The notes: generated from the letters alone by a model not told the origin. Positions 27,295-37,349 are shown, counted from the first letter of the stretch. The stretch: 64,000 nucleotides of DNA from Candidatus Omnitrophota bacterium (GCA_945877765.1 CAMDWQ010000009.1:7409-71408), one strand, 5' to 3'. Program-made: numbers and translations.

Positions 27295-28539
27295 TTAACG
27301 GATGTGTCTTGCGGTGCTGCGAAAACGGCGGCGGAAGCCAGCGGCAGGTCTAGGGCGTGCATTGCCTGCATTACCTGTAAAGCGTGAAAAAGACTCCCCT
27401 GGGATATCGGGGTGAGTTGAAATAGTCAAGGTGGTACGCATCAACTTTTCGATATCGCGAACATTACTGCCTTGATCTGGCGTCGCAAGCGATATGGCAC
27501 GCCCTTCATGTCCTGCGCGGCCCGTCCGGCCAATACGGTGGATGTAATTTTCACTATCTTCGGGAAGATCATAGTTGACGACCAGCTCAATTCCTTTGAC
27601 ATCAATACCGCGGGAGGCTATATCGGTGGCAATGAGTACGCGGTAACGGCCCAATTTAAAACCCTCTAGGGCTTCACGGCGCTGACCTAAAGATCGGTCC
27701 GAATGAATTTCGGCGGCAGTAAAATGCATATCGCGCAGAGCGCGCGTAATCTTGGCGGCACCCATTTTGGTGCGTGCAAATACCAACACACTGCCTTGAT
27801 ACTGCTGCAAAAGTTTAATCAAGAGTTGACGCTTGGATTCTTGACGGACAATAAAAATTTCCTGGATGATCTTTTCCGCGGCAGTGCCGGAACGAGCCAT
27901 TTCAATGCGTATCGGAAGCTTCATGTAAACCGTCGCAATTTTCAAAATCGCTTCGGGCATGGTAGCAGAAAACAAAAGGGTTTGGCGATCTTTGGGCATG
28001 TTGCGCATAATTCGTTCGATCTGAGGCGCAAATCCCATGTCCAGCATGCGGTCTGCTTCATCAAGGACAACCATCTTGATATCCTGCAAGCTCACTGTCT
28101 TCTGCTGGATGTGGTCCATAAACCGGCCGGGCGTGGCGATATAAATACGGGTGACGCTCTTTCTAACGGTTTGGATTTGCGTTCCCATGTTCATGCCGCC
28201 GATCAAAATAGCCGTGCGAATATTGTAGGGTTGGCAAACCTTACGGAGGGTCTCGTCCACCTGCACAGCCAATTCACGCGTAGGCACCAGCACAACTGCT
28301 TTAGCTGTAAGGTGTTGCGCAAGTCTTTGCACCATCGGGATACCGAAGGCCAGTGTTTTGCCAGTGCCTGTCTGGGCAATCCCGAGCATATCTTTACCTT
28401 CATTAGCGATGGGTATCGCTTTGTGTTGAATAGGAGTCGGCGTCTTAAACTTCATGCGTTCAAGAGTTTCGAGAATAGCAGGCGCAATGCCAAGGCCGTA
28501 GAAAGTTTGATGATTATTTTCAGTTGTCATGGAGGGCAT
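27295..28539 (-). CDS. DEAD-box ATP-dependent RNA helicase
   Basis: Q motif, GIAQTGTGKT, PTRELA, DEAD (VLDEADRML), SAT and HRIGRTGRAG, plus a basic R-rich C-terminal tail. Confidence 0.9.
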   Translation of the reverse strand: MPSMTTENNHQTFYGLGIAPAILETLERMKFKTPTPIQHKAIPIANEGKDMLGIAQTGTGKTLAFGIPMVQRLAQHLTAKAVVLVPTRELAVQVDETLRKVCQPYNIRTAILIGGMNMGTQIQTVRKSVTRIYIATPGRFMDHIQQKTVSLQDIKMVVLDEADRMLDMGFAPQIERIMRNMPKDRQTLLFSATMPEAILKIATVYMKLPIRIEMARSGTAAEKIIQEIFIVRQESKRQLLIKLLQQYQGSVLVFARTKMGAAKITRALRDMHFTAAEIHSDRSLGQRREALEGFKLGRYRVLIATDIASRGIDVKGIELVVNYDLPEDSENYIHRIGRTGRAGHEGRAISLATPDQGSNVRDIEKLMRTTLTISTHPDIPGESFSRFTGNAGNARPRPAAGFRRRFRSTARHIR

Positions 28540-28584
28540 TATAACTGTTTTTAAAAGAATAGGGGATTTATCTTTTTAGAGGCC

Positions 28585-29142
28585 TTAAAGCAAGCATTGT
28601 CTCTGTGCGGCATCAAGTTCCACCCACTGCCCAGGCTTTAAACTTGCCAACTTCAAGCCTCCATGAGCAACCCGTAAGAGCCGCAGCGTCGGAAAACCAA
28701 CGGCAGCCGTCATGCGCCGCACCTGGCGATTTTTGCCCTCGGTCAAGATTAGCTCAATCCAACTGGTAGGCACGCTCAAACGAAAACGAATGGGGACCGT
28801 CCGGGGAGAATATTGGGGGTCTTCCAGAAGCGCTGCTTGGCAAGGTTTTGTTTTCTGCCCCTGGAGCATCACTCCTTTTCGCAAATTTGAAACCGCCTGC
28901 TCTGTCGCCTTCCCCTCCACTTGAGCATGATACGTTTTGGAGTGTTCGTGGCGCGGATGAAGAAGGCGGTCATTCAACTCTTTTTCATCACTTAAAAGAA
29001 GAAGCCCCTCGCTGTCCCAGTCTAGACGGCCGATGGGGTACACATTTTTGGGGAAATTAAACTCCGCTAAAGTACAGTGATCTGATTCTTCCTTGGTAAA
29101 TTGAGAAAGTACGCCGTAGGGCTTATGAAACATTAAAATCAT
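28585..29142 (-). CDS. rluE: RsuA/RluE-family rRNA pseudouridine synthase
   Basis: 185 aa with the catalytic motif GRLDWDSEGLLLLS and no S4 domain, as in RluE. Confidence 0.7.
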   Translation of the reverse strand: MILMFHKPYGVLSQFTKEESDHCTLAEFNFPKNVYPIGRLDWDSEGLLLLSDEKELNDRLLHPRHEHSKTYHAQVEGKATEQAVSNLRKGVMLQGQKTKPCQAALLEDPQYSPRTVPIRFRLSVPTSWIELILTEGKNRQVRRMTAAVGFPTLRLLRVAHGGLKLASLKPGQWVELDAAQRQCLL

Positions 29143-29147
29143 CGGTG

Positions 29148-30092
29148 TTAACGAATCGCGTCTAACCAGGTTTGATTGGTAGGGAATTTTTCCAGCTGTT
29201 CGACAAGCGTTTTCGCGGCCTCGACGGTGCCGAGCTCGACCAAACGCCGGCGAATCTTGCGGATTTTTTCAAGCTCATCCGGCGGCAAAAGTAATTCTTC
29301 TTTGCGCGTGCCACTCTTTAAAATATCAATCGCCGGATAAATACGGCGGGTTGCTACGTCGCGTGAAAGAACGATTTCCATATTGCCCGTACCCTTAAAT
29401 TCTTCAAAAATATATTGGTCCATCCGGCTGCCCGTATCTATAAGAATCGTTGCCAAAATAGTGAGTGAGCCGCCATTTTCAATTTTACGTGCCGCGCCAA
29501 AAATTCGCCGCGGCACTTCCAGCGCCCGCGAGTCCATCCCCCCGGACAACGTGCGGCCGCTCGAAACTCTTTCGGCATTATGCACTCGCGCCAAGCGCGT
29601 CAGGGAATCAATCACAATCATGACATTTTTCCCAGTAGCGGCTTCATTCATGGCTTCTTTTAAGAGCGTATCGGCGATACGGATATGATTGTCGTAGGTC
29701 TGATCCGAAGAAGACCAGCGCACATCCGCGGCCACACTGCGGCGAAAATCAGTCACTTCTTCGGGCCTCTCATCGACCAAAAGACAATAAAGTTTGATTT
29801 CTGGAGCCACTTTCACAACCGCCTGGCAAATATGCCTTAGAAACGTAGTCTTGCCAGACCCCGGAGGTGCCACAATCAATCCGCGCTGACCCATCCCAAT
29901 CGGCGTAATCAGATCCATCGCCCTCATGGTGAATTCTTTGGATCCATCTTCGAGTTTAATACGGGGAGACGGGTCCACCGCCGTTCCCGCTAAGAATGGG
30001 TTGGGGGCTTCTACCGGCTGACGCATCATGGGACGCGTTGGCCTCTGCGGACGTCGCTGGAAATTACGGTCAAAATTTCTCATAGACCTCAT
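29148..30092 (-). CDS. rho: transcription termination factor Rho, lacking the N-terminal OB-fold RNA-binding domain
   Basis: 314 aa with Walker A GLIVAPPGSGKT, the Q and R loops and a C-terminal domain collinear with E. coli Rho residues about 150-419. The N-terminus is a 30-aa basic segment, MRSMRNFDRNFQRRPQRPTRP, instead of the about 130-aa NTD. There is a good RBS before the ATG and no upstream in-frame extension. Confidence 0.8.
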   Translation of the reverse strand: MRSMRNFDRNFQRRPQRPTRPMMRQPVEAPNPFLAGTAVDPSPRIKLEDGSKEFTMRAMDLITPIGMGQRGLIVAPPGSGKTTFLRHICQAVVKVAPEIKLYCLLVDERPEEVTDFRRSVAADVRWSSSDQTYDNHIRIADTLLKEAMNEAATGKNVMIVIDSLTRLARVHNAERVSSGRTLSGGMDSRALEVPRRIFGAARKIENGGSLTILATILIDTGSRMDQYIFEEFKGTGNMEIVLSRDVATRRIYPAIDILKSGTRKEELLLPPDELEKIRKIRRRLVELGTVEAAKTLVEQLEKFPTNQTWLDAIR

Positions 30093-30159
30093 TCTACCTT
30101 AAAGATAGCTCCTCGGTGTCCTGTTTCCCGAAACTTGAAGTGCAAATTATTATTTTAGA

Positions 30160-30396
30160 TTAACCATAAAATTCTTGTGGTTCCAAACCGAATCTTTCGC
30201 GAATAGCGCGCGTATAATTCCGATCGTACTCGCGCTTCATTGGAAGTGGGTAAGTTTGTTGTACGCCTGATTTGTCATAACCCACCAGTTGGAAAATATG
30301 AGATCCAGAACTGCCATCAGAAAGAATTACAATTTTGTGCTCCTTAAGAAGTTTTCTTAAGGCGGGAAGTTTTAGGGGTTTATCTTGCCTTGGCAA
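30160..30396 (-). CDS. HicA-like (YcfA family) toxin, putative
   Basis: 78 aa; GSSGSHIFQL...IRERFGL resembles the HicA G-S-H-h-h motif and C-terminal helix. Confidence 0.4.
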   Translation of the reverse strand: MPRQDKPLKLPALRKLLKEHKIVILSDGSSGSHIFQLVGYDKSGVQQTYPLPMKREYDRNYTRAIRERFGLEPQEFYG

Positions 30397-30748
30397 ATCG
30401 GCGGAATGAACCTAAATCATAAATAGGCGAGGATTTTAAAAGTTCGCGCAATTCATTGGTTTTGCCACTGATTAATTCGGCTACAAATTCAGTGTTGATC
30501 TTCTCGGCAACCATTTTCCAAAAACGCGCAGGGGCTGGATGATTAATAGCCGTTAGCATATTATTTTGAATAGCAAATTTTAACTGATGCTCAGTTAAGG
30601 CTTTCATCTCATCCGTTGCGCTTTTTCTGGATACTCCAACTCCCACTATATCTAGAGTTAAATTATGAGACACCCATTTCTTTCCATCCTTATATAAAGC
30701 AATGGTTAGTTTATTCTTAAAGTGGGTTTTTGAGAGAGTAGATTTCAT
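30380..30748 (-). CDS. HicB-like antitoxin, putative
   Basis: 122 aa with an N-terminal RNase-H-like HicB-type segment (LTIALYKDGKKWVSHNLTLDIVGVG). It overlaps the HicA-like gene by 17 nt. Confidence 0.35.
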   Translation of the reverse strand: MKSTLSKTHFKNKLTIALYKDGKKWVSHNLTLDIVGVGVSRKSATDEMKALTEHQLKFAIQNNMLTAINHPAPARFWKMVAEKINTEFVAELISGKTNELRELLKSSPIYDLGSFRRFAKAR

Positions 30749-30912
30749 ATTTGAAATTATGCCATACAGGAGCTGTTAACACAAGGGGGTGGAATTCATG
30801 ACGGGGCTGGCGCAGTGACGACGCGAAGGCTATCCATGCCGAAGCGAAGTACCGACTATACGGATAGTCGGCCAGGACCCGTTGCGACACATTACGCCAC
30901 CACACCTAAGCA

Positions 30913-31413
30913 CTAAGGTTTTTCGCTAAACAAATCCCCTTGGCTGCCTATGCGGACAATATCTTCGATTTTGATTTTAAGAAAAATAACACGGTTGGAA
31001 ATTTCTAACTCAAAATGTTTATGCCGCTTTCCTGTCTTCATTCCCTCAATGACGCGGTCTGCGGAAATTTGGATTAATTTTTTTTCAAATCCTTTGAGCA
31101 AAGTATCAAAAGCGGCTCCGCTCTCAATGAGCTCGGCAGATCCACTCATCCGGTAGCCTTCTAGATTTTCGACATCCATAAAAGCCATTGAAGCGCGCGG
31201 ATTAACACGCAGATTATCAACCGTCCTGGCAATCGCGTGATCCGCTAGATAAAAGTATTCGCCTTCAATTTTATAAAGAATCTTCGGTGCCGCGTGAGGC
31301 TCGCACTTTTTATCGGCAGTGGCGATGCTTAGGTAATAGCGGTTTCTTAATAATGAGATTATTTTATCAGGGATGATCATAGGACTTTTTTTCAAATTTA
31401 GAAAAAATTTCAT
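30913..31413 (-). CDS. PNPOx-like FMN-binding split-barrel protein
   Basis: 166 aa; YYLSIATADKKCEPHAAPKILYKIEGEYFYLADHA fits the pyridoxamine-5'-phosphate-oxidase-like superfamily. Confidence 0.45.
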   Translation of the reverse strand: MKFFLNLKKSPMIIPDKIISLLRNRYYLSIATADKKCEPHAAPKILYKIEGEYFYLADHAIARTVDNLRVNPRASMAFMDVENLEGYRMSGSAELIESGAAFDTLLKGFEKKLIQISADRVIEGMKTGKRHKHFELEISNRVIFLKIKIEDIVRIGSQGDLFSEKP

Positions 31414-34400
31414 ACGCGCAGGGAACGACGTAAAGCGTCAGTACGGTCGAAAACAAGACGCCGCCGACGATTGTCACCGCCATAGGCACCATGGTTTCAG
31501 AACCCGATCCCCGCGCTAGGGCAACCGGAATCGCCGCCACAATCGTAGCCACGGAAGTCATCAAAATCGGACGAAGACGAATGGGACAGGCCTCTAGAAG
31601 CGCTTCACGCACCCCTTTTCCATGACGCCGGCTCTCATTGGTAAAATCCACCAAAAGAATGGAATTTTTTTTGACAATTCCCATAAGAAGAATAATACCA
31701 ATCATGCTGTACAGATTAAGCGAATTACGGCTCAGCCAGAGAGCGACAAACGCTCCGGTGATACTAAAAGGCAAAGCCAGAAGAACCGTGACCGGGTGAA
31801 TGAAACTATTGAATTGAGTCGCCAGCACCATGTACGCCACAAACAAGCCCAAAAGAAGCGCAAATTTTAAGCTGTCCGAAGATTCCTTAAAAGCCTGGGA
31901 GCCGCCGGAGAAAACCGCATGATATCCGGAAGGTAAAACTTCCTGGCTAATTTTTTTGACCAGATCCAAAGCCTCCTGCTGCGAATGGCCCGGGGCAGGG
32001 TTGGCGTAAATGCTGATGGCTCGTTCGCGATTTTTACGCGTGATGGAAAATAAAGTGGGTTTTACTTCGGACGTCACCACAGAAGATAGGGGCACCACTT
32101 CCCCGCTTTGATTACGCACCCACACTTTTTGAATATCGCCCGGACTAGATCGGTCGGTATCGGCCAGACGTACACGCACGTCATAGCGCTTTCCGTGTTT
32201 AGTAAACTTACCATTACGCACGCCGCCCACGGTGGCGTTAATGGTATCGGCTATGGAATGAATGTTGACTCCGTGCTCCGCTGCTTTTTGGCGGTCAGGC
32301 CGCACCTGGACTTCCGGCATTCCCAGTTGATAATCCGTATCGACGTCGATCATAAGCCCCGAAGCTTTCATCCGCTCCATCAGAGTCGTGGCGGATTTTC
32401 CCAACTGCTCCCAATCCTGCCCTTGGATCGTAAACTCCACCGGAAACCCTCTTTTGGCTGAAAAGCCCGATAAAGACAGATCTTGCATCACCGCGCGCTG
32501 AACGCCGGGAATGGCGCCAAATTCTTTTCGAAGGGTCTGCATGAATTCAGCTTGAGTCACCCGATGGCCATTGACTACGGGCCGGTCATGAATCTGCTTC
32601 ATCGTGACAAAAAGCATGCCGGTATTGGTTTGTCCGCCGCCAAAACCACCGACCGCGCTATAGTACTTGGATGCCTCCTCCCGCTTCATGACAATCCCCT
32701 CGGCGATTTTCATCACTTCATTTGTTTTTTCAATCGACGAACCCAGCGGCAGAACAACGCGAGCCAAAAACCGGCTCTGATCCTGCGAGGGGACAAATTC
32801 TTTTTTCAAAACTGTCGTCAATGCCAGTGAGGCGATAAAAATTAACACAGAAACAATCAGTACCATGACACGGTGGCTTAAGAAAAAACCTAAAGAGCTC
32901 TTATAAGCAGAAGTTAAATTTTTCAAATGGCCGTCCACAAATTTACCCAGACGCGTCGTATGCCCGACATCCAAAAATTGCGAGCATCGCATCGGCGCTA
33001 TCGTGAGCGCTTCCAAAAGCGAAAAAGCCACAGCGACAGAGATTGTAATACCAAATTGATAAAAAAACTTCCCCACTGTCCCCTTCATAAAAATAACTGG
33101 GATAAAAATTGCCAAAATCGCAATCGTTGCCGCCAATGCCGCAAAAGTAATTTCGCGCGCACCCGTGATGGCCGCTTGCACGCGGTGGAGACCCTTTTCT
33201 TGGTAACGTGAAATATTTTCCAAGACCATGATGGCGTCATCCACCACAATCCCGATGACCAGAGACAGGCCCAGCATCGTAAATGTATTCAGCGTAAATC
33301 CGAGAAGGTGAATCACAAAAAACGTGCCAAAGACAGAGACGGGAATCGCCAAAAGCACGTTGAGCGTCGCACTCCACGAACCCAAGAAGAAAAAACAGAC
33401 CAGCGATGTCAAAATGACCGAGAAAATTAAGTTCCGGGTCAGCTCATGGACTGAATCTTTAATAAACTGCGTCGTATCAAATACAAAATTCAGATGCATC
33501 CCTTCGGGCAGGCGCGTCTGAACCTCTTTCATTTTTTTCTCTACCGCACGAGCAACCGCCACGGCATTACTGCCGCGCTGTTTGACGATGCCAAGCCCCA
33601 CCGCCGGGCGCCCGCCACTTCGAGAGATACGCCGTAAATCCTCGAGGCCATCCTCCACCACCGCCACGTCCTTGATTTTCATTTCGTTCCACACGGGCCC
33701 GCCGCGCACGCGCTGAGGAAGTATCATGTTCTCAAATTCTTGGGGGGTCTGGGCTTCCCCGTAAACGCGGACATTCATTTCCTGACTGCCGGTATCAATA
33801 TAACCGGAAGGAAGATTGGCATGTTGAGCGCTGATGCCGGCAAGTACATCCTCCACCGTGATCTCTTGTTCGCGCATTTTTTTAGCATCCAGCCAGATAC
33901 GAAGGCTGGGATTGATATAACCGCCAAGTCTCACCTCGCCGACGCCTGCGACAGTTGTAAATTCATTCTTTAGGCTCTCGCTAATGTAAAGCATGATGTC
34001 TTTCAGCGGACGGTCTCCTGAGACGGCCATCCAAAGAATGGGCTGGTCCTCGGGGTTGGATTTCGACACCACCGGCGTATCGATGTCTTGAGGGAGATTT
34101 CTTTGGGCTTGGGCAATTTTGGTTTGCACATCTTGAAGGGCCGCGTCGATATTGCGGTTTAAATCAAATTCGATCGTGATGTTGGCGTCTCCCTGACGGG
34201 AAACCGACGAGACTTCCTTAATTCCTTCGACACTCATCACCGCGTCTTCGATAATATCGGTGACTTCGGTTTCCATGACTTCGGGGGCCGCACCTTCCCA
34301 ATTGACCGAAACCGTCACCACGGGGAAATCGACATCCGGTAATTGGCTGACACCCAGCTCTTTAAAACCAATCCATCCAAAAACCAAGATGCCGATCATG

Positions 34401-34450
34401 AGCATCCAGGCAAATACGGGATTTTTAATAGATAGATCAGAGAGTGTCAT
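31367..34450 (-). CDS. RND efflux transporter, AcrB/HAE1 family
   Basis: 1027 aa with a 12-TM architecture, two large periplasmic loops and the AcrB-family TM4 motif (VIGIVVDDAIMVLENI). Confidence 0.9.
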   Translation of the reverse strand: MTLSDLSIKNPVFAWMLMIGILVFGWIGFKELGVSQLPDVDFPVVTVSVNWEGAAPEVMETEVTDIIEDAVMSVEGIKEVSSVSRQGDANITIEFDLNRNIDAALQDVQTKIAQAQRNLPQDIDTPVVSKSNPEDQPILWMAVSGDRPLKDIMLYISESLKNEFTTVAGVGEVRLGGYINPSLRIWLDAKKMREQEITVEDVLAGISAQHANLPSGYIDTGSQEMNVRVYGEAQTPQEFENMILPQRVRGGPVWNEMKIKDVAVVEDGLEDLRRISRSGGRPAVGLGIVKQRGSNAVAVARAVEKKMKEVQTRLPEGMHLNFVFDTTQFIKDSVHELTRNLIFSVILTSLVCFFFLGSWSATLNVLLAIPVSVFGTFFVIHLLGFTLNTFTMLGLSLVIGIVVDDAIMVLENISRYQEKGLHRVQAAITGAREITFAALAATIAILAIFIPVIFMKGTVGKFFYQFGITISVAVAFSLLEALTIAPMRCSQFLDVGHTTRLGKFVDGHLKNLTSAYKSSLGFFLSHRVMVLIVSVLIFIASLALTTVLKKEFVPSQDQSRFLARVVLPLGSSIEKTNEVMKIAEGIVMKREEASKYYSAVGGFGGGQTNTGMLFVTMKQIHDRPVVNGHRVTQAEFMQTLRKEFGAIPGVQRAVMQDLSLSGFSAKRGFPVEFTIQGQDWEQLGKSATTLMERMKASGLMIDVDTDYQLGMPEVQVRPDRQKAAEHGVNIHSIADTINATVGGVRNGKFTKHGKRYDVRVRLADTDRSSPGDIQKVWVRNQSGEVVPLSSVVTSEVKPTLFSITRKNRERAISIYANPAPGHSQQEALDLVKKISQEVLPSGYHAVFSGGSQAFKESSDSLKFALLLGLFVAYMVLATQFNSFIHPVTVLLALPFSITGAFVALWLSRNSLNLYSMIGIILLMGIVKKNSILLVDFTNESRRHGKGVREALLEACPIRLRPILMTSVATIVAAIPVALARGSGSETMVPMAVTIVGGVLFSTVLTLYVVPCAYEIFSKFEKKSYDHP

Positions 34451-34470
34451 GTTATTTCTTTGCTTCCTCT

Positions 34471-35844
34471 TTAGCCGGGCAGCGTGATGATCTCGCCCAC
34501 GGCTGATTTAAATTTCCAATAGCTTTCTTTCATCAAAAAGTAGGCATCATTATAGCGCACTTCCACGTCCTGGAGACGCCGCAGGGCATCCAACACATCC
34601 AGATTATTGACAAGGCTATGCCTATAGTCGGCAGAAACCAGTTTGTAATTACTTGTCGAAGCCTCGCGGGCTTTCCACAGCGCTCTTTCACGAAGACGCA
34701 TCGATCGCAAATCCTCCAAAGCATTTTGAATATCAAGCTCGGCCATCCGGCGTGATTGTTCCCATTCTAGGTGGCTAGTTTGGCGTGTGGATACAGCACT
34801 TTTAATATCTGCCATAGTTGTCCCCAACTCAAAAATAGGCACGTCCATCTGGACCGTCACGTCCCAATCACTGCCGGAAGAAAATCCTACACGGCGTGTG
34901 TAATAATTTCCCTCCGCTTTAATGGTGGGGAAAAGATCCGCCTGTGCGGCAATTACTTTTTTCTCAGAAACAATATAGGCTTGTTCATAAGCAGCGACGT
35001 CAGATCGCTGACGCGCCTTAAAATCAACCTGAGAAATCTCAAAAATCTCCTCTGGGATCTGCTCGTCAACCAATACACGCGCGCCCAGCGGCTGACCGAT
35101 ATAAAACGCGAAAAGATTTTTGGAAACAGCCAGTGCCGAGCGCGCCTCGATGAGCCCTGCCTCCAAGAGTCTTAAATCCGCCAGCCAAGTCTGCCTGTCC
35201 GTGCCTCGGAGACGACCAACCTTGATTTTGCGATTTAACTCCCGGAGGCGGTCAGCGCCAAGCCGGTGAGTTTTTGCAAGCGCACTGACATTTCGCTGGG
35301 CCTCCAGCACGGCATAGTAAGAGCTCATGACATCCACAAATAAAAGCTCCTTAGCCCGCTTCCACGCCAAGACCTGCTGTTTTTTGTCCGCTCCCGAGGC
35401 CTGCAAAGCCGCGATCTCACGAAAACCGCTAAACAATGGCTGAGTGAACGTAAATTTATTTTCCGGTGTCGTGCGGCGGCCGGTATTACTCACAGAGTCT
35501 GAGCTGCCTCCAACAGGATCACGAAAAGTTTCTGACATCACAAAATGCGCGGTGGGGAGAAAATAATTGAAGGAACGGTAAAATCGCGCCCGCGCCTGGT
35601 TGATATCTTCAAACGTGATGGCGACACTTTCGCTTTTTTTAAGCGCCAAGCGGTAAGCGTCTAAAAGCGTCAGTGATTGGATCGCTTCCGACCTGGTTTG
35701 GTTTAGCTCCGCTCTTTTTTGCTCCTGCTTTTTTGAAAAATTCCAGAAAGGAAATGCGTCGGCCGGGATGGTTGTAAAAAAAATACTTAATAAGCTAAGG
35801 GTGCCGATGGCTTTCAGATGGCGATTGAGGAAAAATTTTCTCAT
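34471..35844 (-). CDS. outer-membrane efflux protein, TolC/OprM-like (OMF)
   Basis: 457 aa with a signal peptide, two internally repeated halves rich in predicted coiled coil, and the RND gene immediately downstream. Confidence 0.7.
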   Translation of the reverse strand: MRKFFLNRHLKAIGTLSLLSIFFTTIPADAFPFWNFSKKQEQKRAELNQTRSEAIQSLTLLDAYRLALKKSESVAITFEDINQARARFYRSFNYFLPTAHFVMSETFRDPVGGSSDSVSNTGRRTTPENKFTFTQPLFSGFREIAALQASGADKKQQVLAWKRAKELLFVDVMSSYYAVLEAQRNVSALAKTHRLGADRLRELNRKIKVGRLRGTDRQTWLADLRLLEAGLIEARSALAVSKNLFAFYIGQPLGARVLVDEQIPEEIFEISQVDFKARQRSDVAAYEQAYIVSEKKVIAAQADLFPTIKAEGNYYTRRVGFSSGSDWDVTVQMDVPIFELGTTMADIKSAVSTRQTSHLEWEQSRRMAELDIQNALEDLRSMRLRERALWKAREASTSNYKLVSADYRHSLVNNLDVLDALRRLQDVEVRYNDAYFLMKESYWKFKSAVGEIITLPG

Positions 35845-35942
35845 GGTTTATTCATGTCTCGTCGTGGAGAGGGTGAGTATATCGCGTGAATTCATGCGCT
35901 GTCAAGCAAGCGCGCTAAAAAACAGTTCTATCGACTTAAAAA

Positions 35943-37349
35943 TTATTGCTTTTGATAAACGATAAACCCCGGCAAAGCCGAATCGCGGCCGGCAGGGCCA
36001 AACTGCGGCGGGTGCAGCCAGCCCATGTAGTCATTGCCTTCAGGAAAGGCGATTAGGCGCAAACGGGCAGGAAAGAAAGCGGCTAGGCGCTCTTCGGTGA
36101 GCGGATAACCTGCTATATTCCGGTCCATGACGGCATTCACGTCATGATAAAATTGACCCTCGGCAAACCAGTGAATGGGCGTCAACGTTGGAAAGTAAGT
36201 TTCCTGAGGATGCGCTTTAGCGTACTCGTAAGCCACGTTTGCCTGATTGATCTTCCCCGCCGGGCGCAGAATACCCGAAACGGCATACGCCGCCTGCGCC
36301 GCCGTCAGAAATAACATCAATAAAACCGTTATTTTTTTAAGGCCAAAAGGGCGCGCCGGCATCGCGGCGTTTTCTTGGCAAACCGAACCGAGCCACGCCA
36401 TCATCAAGCCTGTCAGCAGAAAATAATTGGTATAGCTCAAGGCATTGCGGGAACCTCCAATTTTGACAAAGCCAAGATAAGCCGCCGGAAGCATCAAAGC
36501 CGCCACCACTAAAAGGAGTATCCCTGGCGCCCGGCGCCATTTTTCTCGATGCCAAACCGCGATAAAAAAAACCGGTAAAATTAAAAGGTACTCCCGGATC
36601 AACTTGTCACAAAAAAGGAACAATGCCTGGATTCCCCCATTTTCTTTAAAGGGGTGATGGGCGGGAATTACCACGGTATTGAAAAATAAATTCTGGGCCC
36701 CAAAGACGGAGCCGAATAACAGTGTCCAAAAAATACCGTGGAATAAAAGAAACCCGCAATATCGAAAAAAAATCTTCCTGCCATCCGTTAGAAGAATGTA
36801 AATGGGAAGTGCTGCCACCAGAGGCGCCGCTACTAATTTGGACTCAACCGCCAAAACAGCCGTGGCGGCCGATAGGAATAAAGAAATCCAGCAATCGGGC
36901 TTTTTGCGAAAATACAGAAAAGCACAAGAGACCATGCCAAGGCCTAAAGTCGGCGCATCGACATGGACGTTGAAAGCCGCATTTTTGAGCGAGTACATCA
37001 TCAGAGTTAGAAAACAAAAACCAAAAAACAAAAGCCAGGCCCAGCGTCTATCGACGGCATGGGAAAATTTTCTTCCCCAAAAAATCCATCCCACGGGCAA
37101 TAGATAGAAAGTCAGCGCCAAAAAACAAGCGGCCCTCATTGCCGAGGCAGGTGTCGGAAAAAAAGTGGCCGGCAAATAAGCGATCACGGAGACGGGCCCG
37201 TAGAGGGTGTTGAGCGCGGGGCCGGAGTCTTTACCGTGATAAAGAGGAAGGCCGGCCGCCAGCACAAACGTTTTCTGAAGACGGTTCCAGTTGTGAATGT
37301 TATGAACGGAATTCAAAATTTGGGAAGCAAATAACAGGATCAGCGTCAT
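35943..37349 (-). CDS. polytopic membrane protein, putative GT-C-fold glycosyltransferase
   Basis: 468 aa with about 12 TM helices. It is not similar in sequence to the 23978 gene but has the same general architecture. Confidence 0.4.
   Translation of the reverse strand: MTLILLFASQILNSVHNIHNWNRLQKTFVLAAGLPLYHGKDSGPALNTLYGPVSVIAYLPATFFPTPASAMRAACFLALTFYLLPVGWIFWGRKFSHAVDRRWAWLLFFGFCFLTLMMYSLKNAAFNVHVDAPTLGLGMVSCAFLYFRKKPDCWISLFLSAATAVLAVESKLVAAPLVAALPIYILLTDGRKIFFRYCGFLLFHGIFWTLLFGSVFGAQNLFFNTVVIPAHHPFKENGGIQALFLFCDKLIREYLLILPVFFIAVWHREKWRRAPGILLLVVAALMLPAAYLGFVKIGGSRNALSYTNYFLLTGLMMAWLGSVCQENAAMPARPFGLKKITVLLMLFLTAAQAAYAVSGILRPAGKINQANVAYEYAKAHPQETYFPTLTPIHWFAEGQFYHDVNAVMDRNIAGYPLTEERLAAFFPARLRLIAFPEGNDYMGWLHPPQFGPAGRDSALPGFIVYQKQ

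Noticed and set aside
29148-30092. Rho ORF as a mis-called start (NTD present but missed)
   Set aside because: I translated the upstream minus-strand sequence. It encodes the unrelated HicA-like ORF after a 67-nt spacer, and no OB-fold/RNP1 (GFGFLR-like) segment exists in any frame nearby.
30760-30910. GC-rich structured segment as tmRNA, SRP RNA or RNase P RNA
   Set aside because: I compared it by eye with the conserved cores of these RNAs (tmRNA 5' GGGGCUGAUUC / 3' tRNA-like end, SRP domain IV GGAAGGAAGCAGC, RNase P P4 region) and found no convincing match. I kept it only as an unassigned structured element.
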